Below, one piece after another: positions 1 through 9,682 of a stretch of 64,000 bases of DNA (its first letter is position 1; each line of letters starts with the position of its first letter). This DNA is from Endomicrobiales bacterium (GTDB lineage: Bacteria > Elusimicrobiota > Endomicrobiia > Endomicrobiales > CAWCFT01): positions 1-64,000 of the forward strand of contig CAWCFT010000011.1 in NCBI GenBank assembly GCA_963794945.1, in the 5' to 3' direction. Both the position numbers and the translations under genes were made by a program. The notes beneath the pieces were generated by a model that ran no database searches, was not told the origin of the DNA, and saw only the letters and a list, made by a program, of their open reading frames with translations.

Positions 1-71
1 TGGCGCAAAAAACGCCGCATCGGAAGTGCGACGTCATTTCTTTCAACTCTCATAACTTTCGATACGATAAT

Positions 72-242
72 CTATTGTTTTTGGGTACCAGGGACAACTT
101 GTGGTGAATTACTTTCTTTGATGATCTGCTTTGTCTCAGCATTTGCTTTGTCACGGTCAGCATTGAATTTGCAGGGCCGGCAATTGGAGCTTCCGCATCC
201 GCAAATACATAATAAAGCGCATAAAACAACTATTTTGGTCAT
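72..242 (-). CDS. Small putative lipoprotein (56 aa)
   Basis: Hand-translated, below the ORF-track cutoff: MTKIVVLCALLCICGCGSSNCRPCKF...; GAGGTGG RBS, hydrophobic signal and lipobox-like ICG-C. Confidence 0.6.
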   Translation of the reverse strand: MTKIVVLCALLCICGCGSSNCRPCKFNADRDKANAETKQIIKESNSPQVVPGTQKQ

Positions 243-310
243 ATTCCACCTCTTTTTTCGCAGGGGGCCAAAGCCGGCTTGAATATATCTGATAATATAC
301 TTATATCTCT

Positions 311-1657
311 TTAAGAACTAGGTGTCAATAATTTTTTAAAGTTAAACACTGCTGGATTCTGCGCCTGTTCAATCCTAACAGGTGCTTTTTTCGGGTCAAA
401 ACTGCTGTTTGTAAACCATTGTTTGTTCCTGTTGTAACTGGCTAATGAAAATAATAAAGCCGTGAAGAATACAATTATATAAACAAACATGTTCGGATTT
501 TTCCAGCGGTTATCAGAAATGTACGGCTCCAAAACCCAGATAAAAATCATATATACGCCTATAGAAGGAAAATACAGGTATCTGAGGTTTATGTTTGAGT
601 AGCTGTAGACCATAAAAAGGCTTGGCGCCAGGCTGATAAAAAATATCGCCGGAGCAAGAATTTTCCAGCGGTTTTCCTTTTGTTTCCAGAAACCAAGCCA
701 TACAAACAGCGCTAAGCCTGTTAAAGATATAAATGTTTCGTAAGCAGGCAACCTTGCCGAGTCGTTGTGATCTCTGTTGACAGCGTAAACAGAATTAATT
801 AAATAGCCCTCCATCAAACCCGCGTCTTCATAAACCCATTTTGAATGGTACGTCTTTGTTACTCTGCTCATCTGTGTTACAGGGTGAAAATAATAAAATG
901 ATATTACAATATAGAATAACGAGACGGCGGCGAAGGGCGCGACCTTTACGGCGCTTCTTAAAATACGCCGGTAAATTGTATCGCCGGTGTCCGCCACAGC
1001 TGCCTGGTAAATAAATATTACTGCGGGCAGAGTTATCGCCATCGGGTGGGAGAATATGCCCAAAGAGAAAGATATCAAAGAAAACGCGTAATAAACTCCT
1101 GCTGTTGTTAACTGTTCCCAGAGTGTTTTACCGGCTTGTTTTGCCTTTTCGCGTTCATATAACAGGTAAAAGATCAGGCAAAGGAACGAAAACATTCCCG
1201 CTAAAAGCAGCCCTCGGGCGGAGCACCCGTTTACGGGCTGGCTGTGACACGGATGAACGGCAAATAACAGTGAAGTTACGAAAGCAAATTGGCGTTTTTT
1301 TGTCAGAAGAAGCAGAAATATGTAACAACAAAATACGGTCAAAATGTGTAAAATAGCGTTTACCGCATGAAACATGACAGGGTTAAAATCACCCGTCAAA
1401 AAATAATTTAACATATGCACCAGGTTCTTTACTGGAGCGTAGAACCCGTAGATCACCGGGTTTGTAAACAACTTTACAGCGCCTGACAGAGTTGTATTTG
1501 TAAGGGCTGTGTTTTGGACTATTTCTTCAGGGTCGTCATATTGAGAAAAACCATTTTTAAAAACGTTTGAGTATACAAGAAGGCATGCGATAAACAATAC
1601 CGACAAGTGCTTAAAGTGAGTTGAAAACATTGAATGCTCTTTATGTTTGACAGACAT
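311..1657 (-). CDS. TMTC/PMT-like GT-C integral membrane glycosyltransferase, no TPR domain
   Basis: FSQYDD loop after TM1, FH..N..LH, LLFAVHP and RYLYFPS motifs, many TM helices. ATG at 1657 has a GGAG RBS; the ORF-track start at 1735 is probably too long. Confidence 0.7.
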   Translation of the reverse strand: MSVKHKEHSMFSTHFKHLSVLFIACLLVYSNVFKNGFSQYDDPEEIVQNTALTNTTLSGAVKLFTNPVIYGFYAPVKNLVHMLNYFLTGDFNPVMFHAVNAILHILTVFCCYIFLLLLTKKRQFAFVTSLLFAVHPCHSQPVNGCSARGLLLAGMFSFLCLIFYLLYEREKAKQAGKTLWEQLTTAGVYYAFSLISFSLGIFSHPMAITLPAVIFIYQAAVADTGDTIYRRILRSAVKVAPFAAVSLFYIVISFYYFHPVTQMSRVTKTYHSKWVYEDAGLMEGYLINSVYAVNRDHNDSARLPAYETFISLTGLALFVWLGFWKQKENRWKILAPAIFFISLAPSLFMVYSYSNINLRYLYFPSIGVYMIFIWVLEPYISDNRWKNPNMFVYIIVFFTALLFSLASYNRNKQWFTNSSFDPKKAPVRIEQAQNPAVFNFKKLLTPSS

Positions 1658-1824
1658 ATTAATACATCTCCAAGATTTTAGCCAACACGGACACCCACTA
1701 GGCTCAAGTTTTTTGGCATTCAGGCCATCACCCAACGCGGAATTCCAGGGCTACACCACTCATTGCCCGCCCCAGCTTCTTTTTGATCGCTTTAATTACT
1801 TCTTGTATCATCTGTATCCATGCT

Positions 1825-1983
1825 TTCGGCCGAGTCGCAGACCGTATTGCCTTCTTCTATCCGGCCAAGCCGGTTAGTTACCTTAGACGTTGTAAAGCAG
1901 CGACTCGGCGACGGATGTTTTGCCCTCGCCCTGTGGCCCGACTGAACAGATGTTGCGCAGATACCGGTGTCGTAAGTTTTCAT
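1825..1983 (-). pseudogene. fusA: 5' stub of an EF-G-like GTPase gene, about 50 codons, truncated
   Basis: GAGGAGGAG RBS. Joining frames gives MKTYDT..LRNICSVGPQGEGKTSVAESLLYN..KVTNRLGRIEEGNTVCD, the EF-G G1 region; similarity is then lost. Confidence 0.75.
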
Positions 1984-2004
1984 GCTGACTCCTCCTCATG
2001 AATT

Positions 2005-2873
2005 CTATCTTAGACCGAAATATTTTCTCGCGGACTTGATATCGCTCGCTATCTGTTTTACCAGTTCCTTTATGTTCGGAAAGCTTTCTCTTTCTTATAT
2101 TACCGCAGAGGTAGACGTTGGTCTTTGCGGTTGTCCAATTCCCGGAAAAATCAAGTATATTGATCTCTGGAACCGTTTTACCCTCGCTGAAAAATGTGGG
2201 GCGGATGCCGATGTTGATCACAGCAGGCCAAGTCCTGTTCCCGTCGCCTATTATAGCCGTGTGCACGCCCGGAGGAAGTATTTTTTCTTGAGCGACTGAG
2301 AGGTTTACTGTAGGGAAGCCGAGCTTCCTGCCGAGACCTCGCCCTTTTTCCGGAATGCCTTCAAAGTGATAGAACCTGCCTAGGAGCTCGTTGGCCTTGT
2401 CGAGTTCGCCGTTCTTAAGATATTCCCTTATAAGCGACGATGATATAACTTGGCCGCCGCGCCTTAGCGGTTCTACGACCGTTATTCCGGTCCCGGAAGA
2501 TAGAGACTCCTTCCTCAGCCAATTCGTGTCGCCCTGCCGCCCCCGCCCAAAAGCGAAGTCATGGCCAACTACGAGGTGTTCCATGTTCAGCTTGCCGCAA
2601 AGAAATTCCTCAAAAAACGAAGCGGCCGACTGTGCGACCAGGTCTTTAGACGCCGAAACCACGACTATTTCATCTATAGGGCATTGCCTTATTAAAGCTA
2701 TTTTTTTCTTCCGTAGTCAATATACCGGTTACGGGTTTGACCGGTTTTGAGAGCACTACGAGGACCGATCTTAATTTCTTTCTTCTGGCCGTGCCGATGA
2801 GCCTTTTGACAAGCAACCTGTGCCCGATATGAAATCCATCAAAGGTGCCTATCGCAACAGCTGAATGTGTCAT
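2005..2873 (-). CDS. ribF: Riboflavin kinase/FAD synthetase (frameshifted)
   Basis: IGTFDGFHIGH, VVGHDFAFG, ISSSLIR, GRKLGFPTVN motifs across ORFs 2670..2879 and 1883..2662; C-terminus in another frame. Confidence 0.93.
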
Positions 2874-2877
2874 AATC

Positions 2878-2999
2878 AAATCCCAAATCCTAAATTCGAA
2901 ATCCTAAACAAATTCAAAGCACAAAATACAAACTACTAAAAATTCTGGTGATTTGAATTTAGACATTGTTTAGAGTTTAGAAATTCGTGCTTAGAATTT
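2878..2999. repeat. Heptamer-repeat hairpin between truB and ribF
   Basis: Left arm aaatccc/aaatcct/aaattcg/aaatcct...; complementary right arm ...tttagag/tttagaa/attcgtg/cttagaa/ttt. Confidence 0.85.
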
Positions 3000-3682
3000 A
3001 TTTGCGCAATGTTTTAACAGTTCTTCACGGCTTATCTGCTGCAGTTTCTTGCCGTCGAGCGCGGTGGCAATCGTGAAATCTCCGGACCTTTCCCTGCACA
3101 GCGCTTCTACCGTCGCGCCGCAGACCTAGTTTTGCACCTATATCTTCCACTAGGGTTCTTATGTATGTGCCTTTTGAGCACTCTACCCTTAAGCCTATAT
3201 TGGACGCGCTTTTCGATAACATGTCTATAGAATAGATAGTGACTCCGCGCGAGCTCGCGTTTGACTTCAAGCCCCTGCCTCGCTAGCTCGTAAAGGCGTT
3301 TCCCGCCGTACTTAAGAGCTGAATACATGGGCGGCATCTGTCCGATTTCGCCTTTAAAACTATTCAGGATATCATCTAATTTTAAAAGGCCGTCAGCGTC
3401 TACCCGGGATTCCTTGAGCGTGGTCCCTGTTACATCACCGGTATCAGTTGTCACGCCCAGCTTGAGTATGACCCTGTATGTCTTCTTGCCAGCCATAAGC
3501 GTGTCTTGCAGTTTCGTGCTTTTGCCAACCAGTACAACCAGTACACCGTTCGCGAGAGGGTCGAGTGTGCCGCAATGCCCTACCTTTTTTACGCCGAGAA
3601 TGCGCCGCACCTGTTTAACCGCCCAGAAGGAGGTTACACCTGAAGGTTTGTTTATGTTAATGATGCCTGATATATCGTTCAT
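2991..3682 (-). CDS. truB: tRNA pseudouridine-55 synthase (frameshifted)
   Basis: KVGHCGTLDPLA, QMPPMYSALK, CSKGTYIRTL in successive frames; position after rbfA/nrnA. Confidence 0.95.
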
Positions 3683-3762
3683 AATAATAGATCAAACCTG
3701 GCGGGTTTTAATCTCAGCCTGCCTGGGTTGCCCGATCGAAGCTTGTTGTCAGGATTTACATG

Positions 3763-4725
3763 TTACTTTACAAACTTGGCAAGGTATTCAAGGAACATTT
3801 TTTCAACTGTTTTTATGCTCCCTTTCGAGGCTGCAGCCGGAAGCGTTCTTGTGGCCGCCCCTCCAAAATGTTTCGCTATACGGTTAACGTCAAAATGGTC
3901 TACTGAACGCATGCTGACCTTGATAAGGCCAGGCGTTTCTGTTTCCCTGAAGAAAACACCTACGACGACTCCGGGTATCATCATCGCGTAGTTTATAATC
4001 CCTTCAGTATCAGCGGCGCTTGTTCTGGTATGTTTGTAAAGTTTTTTTGTAATGCTGAAGTGGGCTATTTTACCTGACTGTGAGATCTTGAGACCGGCCA
4101 GAGACTCGCCCAGCAGGTTCAGGGAAGGAAGCGATTGAGTCGCGTAAAGCCTGCCGTATATCTCTGTCGGCACGACACCCGCTTCTATAAGTTCCGCGGC
4201 CATTCTGAACGCTTTCGGGGTCGTGTTCGCCTGCTGGAATTTTCCGGTGTCCGTTACCAGTGCTACATAGAGAGCTTCCGCCTCGTGCTTCAAAATAGGC
4301 ATGCCGCGCTGCTTAAAAATATTGAATACAAGTTCCGCACTTGAGGAAGCCTTGGAATCAATATAGTTTATATGGCCGTAATTGGAAAACGACGAGTGGT
4401 GGTCAATATTGATCAGCACTCCCGCCTGTTCAGCCGTAATAAGGTTACCCATGCGCTCGAGGTCGAGGCATTCAAGTATTATTGCGCAATCGAATTCCCC
4501 GGGCACTTTTGGCATGATCTTAATTGTTTTCGCTTTGCTGATAAAGGTGAGATAGGGAGGAACCGGCTCAAGGCTGTAAATAGACGTTTTCTTTCCAAGG
4601 CGGTTAAGTAAAGAGGCAAGCGCAAGACCCGAACCGACCGTATCACCGTCCGGCTTAATGTGTCCGGCTATAAAAAACGTCCTGCTTTTGTCTATGGCTT
4701 CTAATATATCTGAGATCACTTTCAT
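3763..4725 (-). CDS. nrnA: DHH-family oligoribonuclease/PAP phosphatase
   Basis: HIKPDGD, IDHH, TDTG motifs; GGHKNASGC is present in an alternate frame near the 3' end (compensating indels). Confidence 0.9.
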   Translation of the reverse strand: MKVISDILEAIDKSRTFFIAGHIKPDGDTVGSGLALASLLNRLGKKTSIYSLEPVPPYLTFISKAKTIKIMPKVPGEFDCAIILECLDLERMGNLITAEQAGVLINIDHHSSFSNYGHINYIDSKASSSAELVFNIFKQRGMPILKHEAEALYVALVTDTGKFQQANTTPKAFRMAAELIEAGVVPTEIYGRLYATQSLPSLNLLGESLAGLKISQSGKIAHFSITKKLYKHTRTSAADTEGIINYAMMIPGVVVGVFFRETETPGLIKVSMRSVDHFDVNRIAKHFGGAATRTLPAAASKGSIKTVEKMFLEYLAKFVK

Positions 4726-4791
4726 TTAAATGTCCGTGTTGCCGGCGGTATACTGAGGAACAACTGGCAAGTTCGCTCGTCCCCCCCTCTC

Positions 4792-5184
4792 TTATTCCTT
4801 GCTCTCGGGGGGCTTTTCTTCTTTGCTCTCCGGGGGTTTTTCTTCTTTGTTTATTTTCTCAAGCAATTCAAATATGCGGTTTGCCTTTTCAGCCGTATCA
4901 TCATACATAAGGAGCAGCGTAGGCACCCTGCGCATATTAATTTGCGCGGCAAGCGAATGGCGGATTGACTTAAGGGATTCCTGGAGAATGGCCGCGGTTT
5001 TAGCTTTCACTTCGTCCGAACCTATGACGGAGTAGTATATTCTTGCGTCCTGGAGGTCATCAGTAAGTTTGACACCGGTGATAGTAATGAAGCCGATCTC
5101 TGGATTTTTAATTTCCTGAACGATCCTGGATATTTCCTGCTGTATAAGTTCAGCTACTCTGGTAGAACGTTTAAAACTTTGCAT
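4792..5184 (-). CDS. rbfA: Ribosome-binding factor A
   Basis: RVAELIQQEIS, DLQDARIY, RRVPTL; follows infB. Confidence 0.95.
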   Translation of the reverse strand: MQSFKRSTRVAELIQQEISRIVQEIKNPEIGFITITGVKLTDDLQDARIYYSVIGSDEVKAKTAAILQESLKSIRHSLAAQINMRRVPTLLLMYDDTAEKANRIFELLEKINKEEKPPESKEEKPPESKE

Positions 5185-5195
5185 GATAAGAACCT

Positions 5196-5275
5196 GATTG
5201 AAAATTGAAAAATTTAAGATTTAGAAAATTAAAGACTTAAAATCTTCGAATCTTAAATCTTGAACATTCTAATTC
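5196..5275. repeat. 7/8-mer repeat hairpin between infB and rbfA
   Basis: gattgaaa/attgaaa/aatttaag/atttaga... versus aatcttcg/aatctta/aatcttg. Confidence 0.75.
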
Positions 5276-5278
5276 GGT

Positions 5279-7626
5279 TTATAATTTTCTCGCTACCTTT
5301 TCCTGTACAAAAGCTTCGATTATATCGCCCGGTTTCATATCGGAATAATTTTCAAGAGTTATACCGCACTCGAAACCTTTCTCGACTTCCTTAACGTCAT
5401 CTTTGAACCTGCGTATTGAAGCTATACCGCCTTCGTAAACTATCACGTTGTCCCGCACTATGCGTGCCTTGCTGCTTCTAATGATCTTGCCTTCGGTCAC
5501 CATACAGCCCGAGACCATGCCGGCTTTTGTGATCTTGAAAACCTGTTTTATCTGAGCTTTGCCGGAGCAGGTTTCCTTGATGGAAGGTTCAAGCATTCCT
5601 TCCATTGCTGCTTTTACGTCGGCTATAAGCTCATAAATTATCCTGTAAACCCTTATGTTAACGCCTTCCCGCTCGGCCAGCCTCTCTACCGAAGAATCAG
5701 GCCTTATGTTAAAGCCCATTATCATCGCGTCGGAAGCCGCGGCCAGCGTGACGTTTGATTCGGTTATGCCGCCGGCTCCGCTGTGTATCACTTTAAGGTT
5801 TATCTCGTTCGTAGAAAGCCTCTCGACAGAATCCAGCAGCGCTCCAAGCGAGCCCTGCACATCCGTCTTAAGGATTATTCTCAAGTCCTTTGTCTTGCCG
5901 GTCGAGATATCTTCCAGCGAGAGGTGGTGCCTGGGCCTCAGTGCTTCTTCGCGCGCCCTGCTGTTGCGTGAATCTGCGATTTCCCTGGCCTGGTACTCCT
6001 GCTCAACGGCAAAGAATTTATCCCCTGCCTGCGGAGTGGTGTTCATGCCGAGGATCTCTACGGGCGTGCTGGGAGGCGCGGCGTCCAGTCGTTTGCCGTG
6101 CTCATCAAGCATCGCTCTCACCTTACCGTAGGTCGTGCCGACAACAATGTTATCGCCTACTTTAAGCGTGCCGTTCTGCACTAGCAGCGTGGCGATGGGG
6201 CCTCTCTTCGAATCAAGCTTTGCTTCGATGACGAGCCCCTGCGCTAGCCTATCCGGGTTCGCTTTCAGCTCCATCATTTCGGATTTGAGGACTATCATGT
6301 CGAGCAGCTGGTCGATATTCGTTTTCTGTCTCGCCGAAACTTCCACCATGATCGTGTCGCCACCCCAGTCTTCCGACATCAGGTTATACTTGCTAAGCTC
6401 CTGTTTGACCTGTTGAGGCTGAGCCGTTGGTAGGTCTATCTTGTTCAACGCCACAATTATCGGCACCCCTGCCGCGCGCGCGTGATCGATAGCTTCAACT
6501 GTTTGAGGCATGATGCCGTCCGCAGCTGAAACTACTAGCACCACAAGGTCGGTGGCTTTTGCTCCGCGTGAACGCATTGCAGTGAAAGCCTCATGGCCCG
6601 GTGTGTCAAGGAACGCTATCTGTTGGCCTTTGGCTGTTGTTACTTTGTAAGCGCCTATGTGCTGGGTTATGCCGCCTGCTTCTCCGCCCGCGACATCGGT
6701 TGTCCTTATGGCGTCGAGAAGCGATGTTTTGCCGTGGTCAACGTGCCCCATGATAGTTACCACCGGAGGGCGGAACTTAAGAGTTGCGGGCTCGTCCTTT
6801 ACTTCGATTATGGCGTCTTCAGCGTATACCGAGACGAACTTGACCTCGTACTTAAACTCGTGCGCCAGAAGTTCAGCCACATCTTTATCGAGGCGCTGGT
6901 TTATGGTCGCGAGCGTCCCCAATCCCATAAGTTTCTTTAAAAGCTCTCCGGGTTTCTGGTTCATCTTATCTGAAAGTTCGCGGATAGTAGTAAGTTCATT
7001 TATCTTTATCTCGCCGAGTATTTTGGGCTCTTCCGGAACGACAGGCGCCGCGGCAGGGCAGCCTTTTCGCCTGCCGGAGCCGCTGGAGCCGGCTGCGCCG
7101 GTGCTTCGATCTTCGGCGCCGCTTCCGCCACCGGTTTTGCGGCCGGTTCTGCTTTCAGCTTTTCTTCGGGCTTGTGCACGGGCTTATGCTCTTCGGCTTT
7201 CGGTTTCGGATGGTGCGAAGGCATAGTAAAAACAGCCGCGCTGTCCGGCTTCTTTTCTATTTTGGGTTTAATTTTTTTGGGAAGTTCTTTGGCAGGCTCT
7301 TTGACAATGGGTTCTTTGACAACTGTTTCTTTTGCGACAGCCTTTTCATGCACGGGTTCGGCTGCGACAACTTTTTCCGTGGCGGGAGCTTCCGTTTTGG
7401 GATGTTCGGCTGCGGCCTTCTTTTTCGCGGCCGGCTTTGCTGCGGCCTTCTTCACCGGCTTGGTTTTCACCGCTGTTTCTTTTTTTATCGTTTCTTCCGC
7501 AGGATGTTCTTTGGCCGCCATTTCTTCAGCCGGAGTTAACGGTAATTTCTTTTTGGTTGCCGCGGTTTTTTCAGCAGGCGCAGCCTTCTTCGCTGCCGGT
7601 TTACTTTTTTTCTGTACCATTGTCAT
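5279..7626 (-). CDS. infB: Translation initiation factor IF-2 (frameshifted near 7000-7070)
   Basis: [20 protein letters not shown]; Lys/Ala/Pro/Glu-rich N-terminus in ORF 7006..7626. Confidence 0.97.
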
Positions 7627-8959
7627 CTTCCTTGTTTTTCTCTTTATTTTCTTCTTTGCTGCCTTTTTTTGCCTTCTGTTCGCGCGCTTCTTCCTGCGCT
7701 GTGTAAGCCTTTATGAAATTCTTCGCGGATTCTATAATTTTTTCGGCTGTCTTTGCCCCAACGCCCTGCAGTGTCGTGAGGTCATCGACAGTCATCTCCG
7801 ACAACTTTTCTATATCGGTAAGCCCGGCTTTCTTGAGTACTTCAGCCGTCCTAGGCCCTATGCCTTCCAGTGTTACAAGCCTTTCAGTCGCTTCTGCGCT
7901 CTTCTCGGACGATTCCTGCTTTCTCTGCGACTCGGATTTCACGTCTATGTGCCAGCCGGTAAGCTTTGCCGCGAGGCGCACGTTGTGCCCGTTCCTGCCG
8001 ATAGCAAGCGAAAGCATGTCATCCGCCACAAGCACCTCGGCCTTCTTTTCTTCTGCAGACACTATGGAAACACCCAGGACTTTCGCCGGTGACAGCGAGC
8101 TTGATATATATTTTGATATGTCCGGGGTGTATGGTATAAGGTCGATCCTTTCTCCCTGAAGCTCTTCAATTATGGGTTTTACTCTTGCCCCTTTTACGCC
8201 CACGCACGCGCCGACCGGGTCCACCTTCGGGTTATGCGATATGACTGCGACTTTAGTTCTCATTCCTGCTTCACGAACTATGTTGACTATCTCGACAACT
8301 TTCTCATATATCTCAGGCACTTCGACTTCAAAGAGCCTCTTGACCATCTCGGGGTGCGCCCTGGAAAGTATGACCGACGGCCCGCGCGAGCTTTTCTCAA
8401 CCTTGATTATGACCGCTCTCAAATGCTGGCCCAGATTGAAACGCTCTTTATATACCTGTTCGGAAGCCGGAAGGATCGCTTCCGTTTTGCCGATATCTAC
8501 TATAAGGTTCCTGCTCGCGAAACGCCACACTACGCCGGACACCATCTGCCCGACTTTTTTCTGGAGCTCTTCGAGGAGTGTTTCCCTCTCGGACTCCCTT
8601 ATCTTCTGGACTATGACCTGCTTTGCGGTCTGCGTCGTGATCCTTGCGAAATCCTGCGTATCGAGTGGTATCCTGAAGTCCTCGTCCATCTTTATTTCCG
8701 GCTGTGTTTTTTTTGCCTCGCCGAGGCTGATCTCAACAAGCGAGTTCTTCACGTCTTCGACGACTCTTTTGACAACGCGCGCTGTCATCGCGCCCGTATC
8801 AGGGTCGACCGTTGCTTCTACGTTGACGTTCTTTCCTACGTGTTTTTTATACGCCGACACAAGCGCATTCTCGATAACTTTTAGGATATCCTCTTTTTTT
8901 ATTCCCTTGTCCTTCTCGATCTGTTCAAGGGCAATTACAAGTTCGCTTTTCTCTGACAT
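7601..8959 (-). CDS. nusA: Transcription termination factor NusA with C-terminal HhH extension
   Basis: QTAKQVIVQKIRE, DPVGACVGVKG, SLAIGRNGHNVRLAAKLTGW. Confidence 0.97.
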   Translation of the reverse strand: MSEKSELVIALEQIEKDKGIKKEDILKVIENALVSAYKKHVGKNVNVEATVDPDTGAMTARVVKRVVEDVKNSLVEISLGEAKKTQPEIKMDEDFRIPLDTQDFARITTQTAKQVIVQKIRESERETLLEELQKKVGQMVSGVVWRFASRNLIVDIGKTEAILPASEQVYKERFNLGQHLRAVIIKVEKSSRGPSVILSRAHPEMVKRLFEVEVPEIYEKVVEIVNIVREAGMRTKVAVISHNPKVDPVGACVGVKGARVKPIIEELQGERIDLIPYTPDISKYISSSLSPAKVLGVSIVSAEEKKAEVLVADDMLSLAIGRNGHNVRLAAKLTGWHIDVKSESQRKQESSEKSAEATERLVTLEGIGPRTAEVLKKAGLTDIEKLSEMTVDDLTTLQGVGAKTAEKIIESAKNFIKAYTAQEEAREQKAKKGSKEENKEKNKEDDNGTEKK

Positions 8960-8983
8960 TTTTTGTTCTCCATTTAATTAATT

Positions 8984-9113
8984 AAATCAAATATCAAAAA
9001 TTAAATTTCAAAATTAAGGTGTCGCCCACGGCGATTTGTATTAATTCCGTCCTTCGTGTTTCCTCGGTGAATATTTAAATTTTGACTTTTGATGCTTGAT
9101 TTTTGATTTTAAT
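8984..9113. repeat. Heptamer-repeat hairpin between rimP and nusA
   Basis: aaatcaa/atatcaa/aaattaa/atttcaa versus tttgact/tttgatg/cttgatt/tttgatt. Confidence 0.85.
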
Positions 9114-9114
9114 T

Positions 9115-9571
9115 TTAAAGTTCCGGTTCAAGCCTCGCCCGTGCTATACCTTGAATATCCAGAACCACAGCCTTCCCGCTTTCATTGTCAATAGTCAGCT
9201 TGCCGTCAGCGCAGGAGACTATGTTGCCCAGGAAATTCCTCTGCCCATTGACGGGAGCGAACGTTGAAACCCTGGCCTTTTTTCCCATGAATTTTATAAA
9301 ATCGCTTTCTTTTTTCAGTATCCTGTCGAGACCGGGCGACGACACTTCCAGCACGTAAGAATCAGGTATTATGTCCGACGCATCGAGCAGCTCGCCCTAT
9401 CTTGTTGCTCATTATCTCGCAGTCGGTTAGCTTTATCCCGTCCTCTTTATCAAGGAATACGCGCAGTACCTTGCGCCCCCCTTCGGGCACGTACTGAAGG
9501 TCCACCAACTCCATATGCTCTTGTTCGATCATCGGAGACAAAAGCTGTTCAAGTTCGCTGATTTTACTCAT
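9115..9571 (-). CDS. rimP: Ribosome maturation factor RimP (frameshifted)
   Basis: LRVFLDKEDGI..DC and LEVSSPGLDR in two frames; upstream of nusA. Confidence 0.95.
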
Positions 9572-9610
9572 CTTTACCGTATATTACAATTATTTAAGCG
9601 CTATAGAACC

Positions 9611-9636
9611 AAAAAAGAGTGGCTTTAGGCCACTCT
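9611..9636 (-). terminator. rimP leader terminator/attenuator hairpin
   Basis: AGAGTGGC-CTAAA-GCCACTCT followed by a T run, downstream of a TTGCTT-17-TAATAT promoter-like sequence (about 9645-9673). Confidence 0.65.
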
Positions 9637-9682
9637 GATGGATAAATATTACTAAATATGAAAATTAAAAGCAAGCCTTTAC

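Noticed and set aside
1680..1780. Possible tRNA, 6S RNA or attC site
   Set aside because: No cloverleaf, no long closing stem, and no paired RYYYAAC/GTTRRRY boxes could be built.
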